From an uncultured virus (IMG/VR IMGVR_UViG_3300028553_000005) (taxonomy: Duplodnaviria; Heunggongvirae; Uroviricota; Caudoviricetes): a DNA stretch of 20,000 nucleotides. Made by a program: the position numbers and the translations under genes. Position 1 is the stretch's first letter; the number at the start of each line of letters is the position of its first letter. The notes below the pieces were generated by a model. It was not told the DNA's origin. It saw nothing but the letters and a program-made list of their open reading frames with translations, and did no database searches. The stretch spans positions 116,429-136,428 of the IMG/VR virus record IMGVR_UViG_3300028553_000005. One strand, 5' to 3'. Shown piece after piece: positions 8,372-15,073 of this stretch.

Positions 8372-10336
8372 ATGGTTATAATAAAAACATTAGGTCAAGA
8401 TACTTTCTCATGGAACCCTAACGCCTTTAATAAGAAAGGCCATTGGTTTCTTTTAGCTGAAACCGGCAGTTATATTCGTGCGGCTACAAAAGAAGAAATG
8501 GGTAAATTAGGTAAACCAAAAAAACAAGATGAAGCTTCTATTACGGACACAACAGAAAAGAAAATGTCGTATAAACAGGCATCACAGATTAGAAAGAAAT
8601 CATTAAAAGATTTGATTACAGAAAAATTGGTAGAAGATAAAGGTGTATTAACTTCCATCAAATCAGGCATTTCAGAAAAAATGCAAGCACGTTCAACCGG
8701 TCTAAAAGAAAAATTTGATCCGTTAAACATTGCAAAGATATTAACTGGAAAATTAGGCTCTGCTTTATTAGGTCGAATGACTGGAAGAAGTAAAGAAGAT
8801 ATTAGTTATTTTGCTGGCGACAAGAAAGCAAAAGAAACCAAACCAAAGCCAGCATATATCAATGAAAAATTAAACAAATCCGATGTAGGTTTGTATTCTG
8901 CCATTTCAGAAGGCAATACACAATCTATGAAAAAAGGTGACGGTATTGCTACTATATTAGCAAGAATGTATAATTTAATTAAAGCCGAACAAATTAATTC
9001 TTTAAAAAGATATCAAATAGAAAAAAGTTTTAAGAAAATACGTGAAAAAGAAAAAGAAAAACGTAACAAAGAATTGATTAATGCGATAAAATCTTTAGGA
9101 TCTTTTGCTGTAGTAAAAACTGAAGCAAAAAAAGAAGAAAGTGGTGGCCTATTCGATTTCATCAAAGGGTTAATTGAAACTGCAAAAAATATGTTGCTTG
9201 GAGTTATATCCAGCATATGGAGTGGATTGTGGAGTGTAATTGGACCTTTAATGACCTTAATTGGTGAAATTGGAGGAGTATTAGGATTAAAAAGCCTTTT
9301 AGATAGATTAAGAGGCATTAAAACTCCAACTATTCCGTCAGAACCAAAACCAGGAACTGCTGAGCCTAAACCAGCAGAACCTAAGCCAGCTGAACCAAAG
9401 CCAGCAGAACAAAAACCTGGAGAAAAACCAGCAGAAGGTGAAAAGAAAACAGGAGAAAAACCCAATAAGACTGCTGAGAAGGCAACCAAAAAAGGTAAAG
9501 AGAAATACGAAGAAGAAAAGAAAGCTACGAAAGTAGAAAAGGTTGAAGAAAAACCTAAAGCAACAAAGATGTCTAAAGTATTAAAAGGTGCTAAAGGTGT
9601 TCTAAAATATTTTACTAAATTGCCTTTTATTGGTGGTATTGCTGGTGCATTTGAAATGATGGAAACAATGAAACAGGCTATAGCAGATAGAGAAGAAGGT
9701 AAGATAGATGATAAACAACTAAGAGAAGTTATGGTCTCTAGTGCTGCTCAAATAATTGCCGCTGGTGCTGGTACATCAATGGGTGCTACTATCGGTGCAA
9801 CTATTGGTTCAGTTGGTGGACCAATTGGTGCCTTCTTAGGCGGTGCAACGGGCGCCGCATTAGGTTATGTTGGCGGTAAAAAGGCAGGTAAAGCAATTAG
9901 TGAAAAGTTATTTGAACACATTTCTAATTCTAGTGGAGAAGTTGAACCTGTTGTTACCACTACACCTGAAGAAAACAATAAACCTGTGGAAGCAACGACA
10001 GAAACACCAACAGTCAAAGGTTCAAATACAAATCAACCAATGCCTGCAGCCACACCATCATCAGCATCACCTGCAGCCACACCACCAGCACCAAAGGTAA
10101 CACCTGTATCTTCTGGTGGTAGAACCGATTCACAGTTAGAATCAACTATGAGTAAGAATGCTGAAATTAAAATGGCGGCCGCTCCTGCAATGAATACAAC
10201 TATTATCGATAATTCACAATCGATTGGAAATAATTCTGGTGGCGGTGGTGGTGTTGCTATTGATGGTTCAGTTTCACCTAGAATTGATGATCCAACTTTG
10301 TTACGAGTTCAACGACAAAACAAACGACCAGTATAA
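8372..10336 (+). CDS. Tape-measure-like protein (gp29 position), paralogous to the upstream gene, with PAEPK repeats and hydrophobic glycine-zipper segments
   Basis: Shares TGLKEKFDPLNIAKILTGxLG, KGDxxATxxAR and the C-terminal GGG...IDDxP with the upstream gene; contains the GAxIGAxIG...GGPIGAFLGGATGAALG glycine zipper. Confidence 0.65.
   Translation: MVIIKTLGQDTFSWNPNAFNKKGHWFLLAETGSYIRAATKEEMGKLGKPKKQDEASITDTTEKKMSYKQASQIRKKSLKDLITEKLVEDKGVLTSIKSGISEKMQARSTGLKEKFDPLNIAKILTGKLGSALLGRMTGRSKEDISYFAGDKKAKETKPKPAYINEKLNKSDVGLYSAISEGNTQSMKKGDGIATILARMYNLIKAEQINSLKRYQIEKSFKKIREKEKEKRNKELINAIKSLGSFAVVKTEAKKEESGGLFDFIKGLIETAKNMLLGVISSIWSGLWSVIGPLMTLIGEIGGVLGLKSLLDRLRGIKTPTIPSEPKPGTAEPKPAEPKPAEPKPAEQKPGEKPAEGEKKTGEKPNKTAEKATKKGKEKYEEEKKATKVEKVEEKPKATKMSKVLKGAKGVLKYFTKLPFIGGIAGAFEMMETMKQAIADREEGKIDDKQLREVMVSSAAQIIAAGAGTSMGATIGATIGSVGGPIGAFLGGATGAALGYVGGKKAGKAISEKLFEHISNSSGEVEPVVTTTPEENNKPVEATTETPTVKGSNTNQPMPAATPSSASPAATPPAPKVTPVSSGGRTDSQLESTMSKNAEIKMAAAPAMNTTIIDNSQSIGNNSGGGGGVAIDGSVSPRIDDPTLLRVQRQNKRPV
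8703..8745 (+). repeat. 43-bp exact direct repeat, copy 2
   Basis: Identical to 6810-6852 and in the same codon phase. Confidence 0.95.
9341..9436 (+). repeat. Degenerate 15-bp coding tandem repeat (PAEPK units)
   Basis: EPKPGTAEPKPAEPKPAEPKPAEQKPGEKPAE in the translation. Confidence 0.8.
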
Positions 10337-10339
10337 AAT

Positions 10340-10369
10340 AAAAAACCCCGCCTAAGCGGGGTTTCTTTT
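10340..10369. terminator. Bidirectional intrinsic terminator between the convergent gene blocks
   Basis: AAACCCCGC-CTAA-GCGGGGTTT hairpin with an A-tract on the left and a T-rich tract on the right. Confidence 0.9.
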
Positions 10370-10382
10370 AAGTAAGAAAAGA

Positions 10383-10511
10383 TTACTTCTTCTTTTCGTC
10401 TTTCTTAACTTCTGCTTTAGGAGCTTCCTTCTTTGGCTCTTCCTTCTTAGGAGCTTGAGCAAAGGCGGTTACTGCAAATGCTGCTGCGAGTAGAGATACG
10501 AGATACTTCAT
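10383..10511 (-). CDS. 42-aa secreted Lys/Glu-rich microprotein (MKYLVSLLAAAFAVTAFAQAPKKEEPKKEAPKAEVKKDEKKK)
   Basis: Not in the ORF track. SD AAGGA, classic signal peptide ending A-F-A, stop just before the terminator. Confidence 0.8.
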   Translation of the reverse strand: MKYLVSLLAAAFAVTAFAQAPKKEEPKKEAPKAEVKKDEKKK

Positions 10512-10557
10512 TTTATTTCCTTTCAATCAAAGTTAAAAATTCACAAACAACCCATCA

Positions 10558-11442
10558 TTAATTTTCTTCAGCAAGCTTACTGAAATAAGCCATATCATCA
10601 TCTTCTAAATCATCCTTGAAAGGTGAATCTTCTGCTACTGTTTTCTTACCAACATTAGCAGCTTTCACTTGTTCTACAGTTGTCTTTGGTGCTTCACCAT
10701 TGAGACCTAGAACTTTATCAAGGCGTTGTTTTAAAGTATCGTATGATTTGAATTCTTTATCAGCAATCATTTCGGTCAAAGAGTATTCAGACTTCCAAAT
10801 CTTTTCCAATTCTTCATCATCACTCAATAATGCAGATGGTGATTCGAATTCAGATTTGTCATAGTTCTGATAACCTTCAACTTTACGAATTTTTAATTTA
10901 AAGTTAGCACCTTTCCATAAATCAAATGGATTGATTGGTGTTTCATCTTCAAATTGAGGATTCATGGCCTCAGTAATCTTATCAAAAATCTTTTTACCAA
11001 ACTTAAACAATTTGACCTGACCTTCATTTTCAGGATGTTTTGGGTCGGATACAATATAAACGTTTGCAATGTAATTTAGTTTACGTTTCTGTTTGCGAAC
11101 AATGTCTTTATTCGCTTCTATACCAGAATTCCATAATGCAGAATTGTGTTCACAAACTGGACATTTTTGGTCTTTGGTTGTCAAGCAATTATCAATCAAC
11201 CATCCACCTGGACCTTGAAATCCATGTGAGAAGATTTTGACCCATGGTAAACCATCTTCACCATCCGCTGCAGAAGCAGGCAGAAAGCGAATCGTAGCCA
11301 TGCCGTTGCCAGCTTTGTCCACTTCACATTTCCAAAAATTATCAGGTTTATCAGAGCCTTCGGTTGAAGTATTGAGAGCCTCGATTGCTTTAGATAGTTT
11401 GTCGAGGTTGCCAGATTGGCGTTTGAGATTAGCAAAACTCAT
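10558..11442 (-). CDS. gp32: Single-stranded DNA-binding protein gp32
   Basis: DKAGNGMATIRFLP, HGFQGPGGWLIDNCLTT..KCPVCE, GANFKLKIRKVEGYQNYDKSEF motifs and an acidic C-terminus. Confidence 0.95.
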   Translation of the reverse strand: MSFANLKRQSGNLDKLSKAIEALNTSTEGSDKPDNFWKCEVDKAGNGMATIRFLPASAADGEDGLPWVKIFSHGFQGPGGWLIDNCLTTKDQKCPVCEHNSALWNSGIEANKDIVRKQKRKLNYIANVYIVSDPKHPENEGQVKLFKFGKKIFDKITEAMNPQFEDETPINPFDLWKGANFKLKIRKVEGYQNYDKSEFESPSALLSDDEELEKIWKSEYSLTEMIADKEFKSYDTLKQRLDKVLGLNGEAPKTTVEQVKAANVGKKTVAEDSPFKDDLEDDDMAYFSKLAEEN

Positions 11443-11493
11443 AGTATTTCCTTTCGTATAAACGGAGTATTAACGGTGTATTATTAAAACGAC

Positions 11494-11502
11494 TTATCCA
11501 CA
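11494..11502 (+). promoter_or_regulatory. Consensus DnaA box TTATCCACA at the predicted gp32 transcription start
   Basis: Exact 9/9 match; function is inferred. Confidence 0.45.
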
Positions 11503-11508
11503 TTATTC

Positions 11509-11537
11509 ATTATATAAGAATATTTATCCAATGTCAA
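11509..11537 (-). promoter_or_regulatory. Perfect sigma70 promoter (TTGACA-17 nt-TATAAT) for gp32, with a nested late-type ATAAATA
   Basis: Minus strand reads TTGACA TTGGATAAATATTCTTA TATAAT. Confidence 0.85.
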
Positions 11538-12019
11538 GCATACATTTTCAAAATACCGATGGTAGTAATGGTGTCTGTGTGAAGTATACCAATACCACCC
11601 TCTACTCGCCATTGATCGATATTCTGTGAGGTATCATCAATCAATAGCGAATTTACATTAGAGAAAGTTCTCTTTAATCTTTTACCTGGTACCAAGTTAA
11701 CGGGAAACTCAAGGTTGTGTTTATTCAACCAATCAATCTTTTGTTCTCTAATCTCTGCATCACGCTTTTCAGATGATGTTGAAGATAGAATTTCCGTTGG
11801 TATTGGCAATGACCTGAGATAGTTAATTAACTCCATGGCATCAGGCATTAAATCCAATTTGGCAAATTGTCTGTCAGCAATGAACATGGTGAAAAACTTA
11901 TCAAAGGTTTTATATGTGTCTGCTTCTTTTGGTTCAATCTTATACAATTCTTTGTATCGTCTATTGAAATCTGCAATCACACCATCCATGTCTAAGTAAA
12001 TCTTGGTAATCTTATGCAT
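11534..12019 (-). CDS. HAD-superfamily 5'(3')-deoxyribonucleotidase-like phosphatase
   Basis: IYLDMDGVIADF (DxD motif I) and LLIDD..NIDQW...GGIGILH. Confidence 0.8.
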   Translation of the reverse strand: MHKITKIYLDMDGVIADFNRRYKELYKIEPKEADTYKTFDKFFTMFIADRQFAKLDLMPDAMELINYLRSLPIPTEILSSTSSEKRDAEIREQKIDWLNKHNLEFPVNLVPGKRLKRTFSNVNSLLIDDTSQNIDQWRVEGGIGILHTDTITTIGILKMYA

Positions 12020-12620
12020 ATTCTTTAATCTTTTCTTTCAAAATTTGTTTGAACTTTTCTTTATCATAATGTAGAAATGGTTTATACTTCACACATTTGG
12101 TTTTAAAATTAGGCCAAACAATATCATCATATATTTCTTTTTCCCACATTGGGAAAAAATTCATTAGGTCGTTCAAAATGATAAGTGTTTCAAGTGTTAC
12201 ATCTCCTTGTGTAGTATATTGCATCAACTTAGGAAATTCATTGCTTCTTACCACCAATAAATCATTTGGATTCTCTACTTTATTCAATAATACAATTATA
12301 TCATTTTCAAAGGTATAAGTCAAGCTTTGTATTCTTTTCTGCCACTTTTTGTAATTTTCTTCGGATTCTGGTCCTAATATATCACCAACCCATTGAACAT
12401 CATCTACCAAAAAATTGGCAATATAATAATCTTTTAATTCTGTCAATCCAAATTTACGAGATAATCGGTAGAATGAATATTTGTCTTTTCTGGTAGAGAA
12501 TGTTGTTTTGGTAACATTGGTCTTACCATTGTATTTGATGTAATCATAACTGTCGGATGTAAAATGCAATTTCATTGCATGAAACATCGCAAACGCAGCA
12601 AAGCCTGAATTCTCAATCAT
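12012..12620 (-). CDS. gp59: Helicase loader gp59
   Basis: AMKLHFTSDSYDYIKYNGK...RKDKYSFYRLS...ETLIIL...KYKPFL motifs; gp33-gp59-gp32 gene order. Confidence 0.85.
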   Translation of the reverse strand: MIENSGFAAFAMFHAMKLHFTSDSYDYIKYNGKTNVTKTTFSTRKDKYSFYRLSRKFGLTELKDYYIANFLVDDVQWVGDILGPESEENYKKWQKRIQSLTYTFENDIIVLLNKVENPNDLLVVRSNEFPKLMQYTTQGDVTLETLIILNDLMNFFPMWEKEIYDDIVWPNFKTKCVKYKPFLHYDKEKFKQILKEKIKEYA

Positions 12621-13216
12621 AATGAAAACGGAAGTTCCCTAATCCAAGTTGTTACAATATATTTGTGACCTTTTATCACCGGTTCACCTGAATGCATTGT
12701 GTTTATGTTATCATTTTTATTTTTGTAATCATATCGAAAGTATAACATACTTCCTTTTTTGGGGTCAACCGATAGATTTAATTTTGTGAATGTGGTTTGA
12801 CCACCTTCTTCAACATCATTGAGGTAAACAATAACTGTGCCTACTCTATTACCAACACCAGCAACAATATCATTATATGTTGGTATCACATCTTCAAAGT
12901 AATCCCAATGTGGTACATAACGACCACCAATATCATAACGAAGCATTGTTAAGGCTTCAAATCTTTTCTTACTGATACCTATTTCTTTTTCTATTTTATC
13001 GTGGAGATTTACTACTAGAGGATTACCATGATCAAACCAACAGTCTTTACTAATTCTAAAACTGTCCATCTTTTCATTGAAACCAGTATCAACATTTACG
13101 ACATTTGAATCCGTCAGTAAAGGATCACCGGCTTTGGTGATATCATCACATTCATCATTTGTTAAAAAGTTTTCTATATGAATTATGTGTGGTATCTTAC
13201 ACAACATTCTTTTCAT
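12617..13216 (-). CDS. Prolyl 4-hydroxylase-like 2OG-Fe(II) oxygenase
   Basis: ENFLTNDECD, YVPHWDYF, NRVGTVIVYLNDVEEGGQTTF, MHSGEPVIKGHKY (HxD...H triad). Confidence 0.9.
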   Translation of the reverse strand: MKRMLCKIPHIIHIENFLTNDECDDITKAGDPLLTDSNVVNVDTGFNEKMDSFRISKDCWFDHGNPLVVNLHDKIEKEIGISKKRFEALTMLRYDIGGRYVPHWDYFEDVIPTYNDIVAGVGNRVGTVIVYLNDVEEGGQTTFTKLNLSVDPKKGSMLYFRYDYKNKNDNINTMHSGEPVIKGHKYIVTTWIRELPFSL

Positions 13217-13434
13217 ATAGGCAGTTTAGAACTTTTCTTCAACATATTGTTATCTTGTGCCTCTTCTTTAATCTTTGCTTTCAGAGCGGATGAGATTAAG
13301 GTGGCAGCCACTTCAACTTCTAAACCAGTTTCTTTACAATGGTGACAGATAGCGTCCATATAACCTATTCGTTTATCTGTTACCATTTGTTCAATCATCA
13401 TACTAAATTTTTTAATTTCTTCACGATTAGGCAT
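13213..13434 (-). CDS. gp33: Late transcription coactivator gp33
   Basis: FSMMIEQMV...YMDAICHHC...EVEVAATLISSALKAKIKEEA motif; upstream of gp59. Confidence 0.85.
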   Translation of the reverse strand: MPNREEIKKFSMMIEQMVTDKRIGYMDAICHHCKETGLEVEVAATLISSALKAKIKEEAQDNNMLKKSSKLPI

Positions 13435-13437
13435 AAT

Positions 13438-13980
13438 TTAAATTCTACTGTAAAATATATGATTACCTATTTTCGTTACAACCTTTTGTTTATTCCAGCC
13501 AGGATTTACATAAACTGCATGGTAATACAATGCGTTTGTTTCTGCTATTTTATCATGTAAAACTGAAACTGTCAATGCTCTTTTTGCAATTAGTAGAGAT
13601 TCTTCCCATCTATACCGATCCTGTCCATGTACCATTTCTTTGACCATACAAGTCCATGAAAATTGGCATACGGTTCTTAAATTTTGATCCGTTGTTTTTT
13701 GATAAACAACAGCGCATATGTCTGTAGGAAATTGACCACTCTTAACACGATTCATTGTGACCTGTGCTACGGCCAATTTACCCTCATAAGATTCACCTGC
13801 GGACTCATAGTAAATATTTTTGGCGAGGCATTCAACTTGTTTTAAATAATCCGCTGATACTTGTTTTTGTGTTGTATTTGTAATAAACTCTCTCGATAGA
13901 GTTGGTGCTGTATATACTATTGTTAATACAGCTAATATTACTGCTAATGTGTTAAACTTCTGTGTGTTAAATTTAAACAT
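13438..13980 (-). CDS. SleB/Hydrolase_2-family cell wall hydrolase with an N-terminal signal or anchor
   Basis: CLAKNIYYESAGE...AVAQVTMNRV...ICAVVYQ...CQFSW...ALYYHAVYVNPGW...IGNHIFY. Confidence 0.9.
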   Translation of the reverse strand: MFKFNTQKFNTLAVILAVLTIVYTAPTLSREFITNTTQKQVSADYLKQVECLAKNIYYESAGESYEGKLAVAQVTMNRVKSGQFPTDICAVVYQKTTDQNLRTVCQFSWTCMVKEMVHGQDRYRWEESLLIAKRALTVSVLHDKIAETNALYYHAVYVNPGWNKQKVVTKIGNHIFYSRI

Positions 13981-14000
13981 CTTTCTTCCTTATTGATTGC

Positions 14001-14022
14001 GGCGGCCAAACATCTGACCGCC
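14001..14022 (-). promoter_or_regulatory. GC-rich intergenic hairpin (GGCGGTCAGA-TG-TTTGGCCGCC) without a U-tract
   Basis: Inverted repeat between the 92-aa ORF and the hydrolase gene. Confidence 0.55.
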
Positions 14023-14033
14023 TTGGTCTCCAA

Positions 14034-14312
14034 TTACGAATTCGTTTTCTTTGTAATTTTTACTTCAGGTTGTGGAGGGGTTTGCGAAACGAAACCATTG
14101 AGCATCTCTGCTTTTTTAATGATTTCTTCTTCGGAGGGAAATGGTGGAAAACCTGGGTGTTGTGGTGAAGGAGTTCCGTTAATCTTGGATTCTTCTACCT
14201 TGGTTGTCCACTCGTTTGAAATAACTTCACGCTTGCCATAATAGTCATCGGTGAGCATTTCTTTGGCCATTTTTAAGAGTTCTAGCCGTATCTCATAGGG
14301 TGTCATACTCAT
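14034..14312 (-). CDS. Conserved phage hypothetical protein (MTPYEIRLELLKMAKEML...)
   Basis: Strong SD AAGGAG. Resembles a small protein recurrent in T4-like environmental phages; function unknown. Confidence 0.8.
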   Translation of the reverse strand: MSMTPYEIRLELLKMAKEMLTDDYYGKREVISNEWTTKVEESKINGTPSPQHPGFPPFPSEEEIIKKAEMLNGFVSQTPPQPEVKITKKTNS

Positions 14313-14378
14313 TTACTTCTCCTTGTGTGTGTTTATGTGTATTACCAGCGGTTTGTGTGATGCTGGTGATTTATTTAT

Positions 14379-14668
14379 CCAGGTGATTCTGTTGCTAAGT
14401 TCACCTGGCGAAACTCCGCTTACCTGTTAGGCAGCAAGTGCATACATATTATCGTTTGCGTTTAATTCAATTAGTGATTACGCCTTCTCTGGCGATTCTC
14501 CATTGTTCTAATTATTGCCATGTCGAATCTAGGCACCCCCATCAGAAGTATATTACCACAACTATAATGTGTGTTTGCTACCGGAAACTCGGTTCGTTAA
14601 TATACTTTTGGTGGAGGTGGTGGGAATCGCACCCACGTCCACAACAACTTTCAAACAACTTCTACGAA
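14379..14668 (-). ncRNA. ssrA: Circularly permuted (two-piece) tmRNA: acceptor piece ~14668-14609, intervening segment 14608-14541, coding piece 14540-~14379
   Basis: Minus strand reads GGAC-GTGGG-TGCGATT-CCCAC-CACCTCC-A-CCA first, then GGGGGTG-CCTAGATTCGAC. The 7-bp acceptor stem has a G3.U pair and an A discriminator. The tag frame at 14459-14427 encodes ANDNMYALAA*. Outer boundaries are approximate. Confidence 0.93.
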
Positions 14669-14835
14669 TTACTTTACAGCTTCAGTATGCTTATGTTTCA
14701 AAGATTTTTTCAGTAACTTAAGCCAAAGTTTTTTAACCTTTTCAACATTATGATGAACTTCAGCTTCATATAGTTTTTTAATTAACTCTTTAACTTTCAT
14801 AGAATCTTCCTTTAAACAACTTCTACGAATTACTT
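14653..14835. repeat. 22-bp exact direct repeat AAACAACTTCTACGAATTACTT at 14653-14674 and 14814-14835
   Basis: Direct comparison of the two copies; each includes the AAG TAA end of a minus-strand small ORF. Confidence 0.95.
14669..14800 (-). CDS. 43-aa basic microprotein (MKVKELIKKLYEAEVHHNVEKVKKLWLKLLKKSLKHKHTEAVK)
   Basis: Not in the ORF track. SD AAGGA; fills the space between the two 22-bp repeats. Confidence 0.7.
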   Translation of the reverse strand: MKVKELIKKLYEAEVHHNVEKVKKLWLKLLKKSLKHKHTEAVK

Positions 14836-14940
14836 CAACACAAAAAGCATTGTAATTACACCCAATGCAAAAGCACAGGCACCGGTGTAAAATGCAAAAC
14901 TTTTTACTTTAACTTGTCTTACACATTCTTTGCTAGGCAT
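14830..14940 (-). CDS. 36-aa single-pass membrane microprotein (MPSKECVRQVKVKSFAFYTGACAFALGVITMLFVLK)
   Basis: SD AAGGA; TAATG stop/start overlap with the upstream ORF; hydrophobic C-terminal half. Confidence 0.7.
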   Translation of the reverse strand: MPSKECVRQVKVKSFAFYTGACAFALGVITMLFVLK

Positions 14941-15065
14941 TACAGTATCCTTTCTAGTAACCAAATAACAAAAAGAAAACTTAGACCACCAGCCAAAAAT
15001 TTTAAAGCCCCGTACTGTCTTTCGTTTTGCTCGGGTGTGCAGAGTTTTTTCCAATATTTGTTCAT
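14940..15065 (-). CDS. 41-aa single-pass membrane microprotein (MNKYWKKLCTPEQNERQYGALKFLAGGLSFLFVIWLLERIL)
   Basis: Not in the ORF track. AGGA upstream, translationally coupled to the next ORF, hydrophobic C-terminus. Confidence 0.7.
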   Translation of the reverse strand: MNKYWKKLCTPEQNERQYGALKFLAGGLSFLFVIWLLERIL

Positions 15066-15073
15066 AGTGTCCT

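Noticed and set aside
6810..8745. Diversity-generating retroelement TR/VR pair
   Set aside because: The copies are identical with no adenine-specific mismatches, are short, and no reverse transcriptase is present.
14609..14640. tRNA gene suggested by the T-arm and CCA
   Set aside because: There is no anticodon arm and the matching 5' strand lies downstream, followed by a tag frame; this is a permuted tmRNA.
14438..14716. 92-aa plus-strand ORF
   Set aside because: Antisense to the tmRNA and against the local gene direction; no recognisable protein features.
14653..14835. Mini CRISPR array or attL/attR pair
   Set aside because: Only two copies, the 139-bp interval is an ORF with an SD, no cas or integrase gene is in the window, and the repeat is not at the CCA end usually used for integration.
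14830..15054. 74-aa ORF from the track
   Set aside because: Better explained by two coupled ORFs (15065-14940 and 14940-14830) with ATG starts and SD-like sites.
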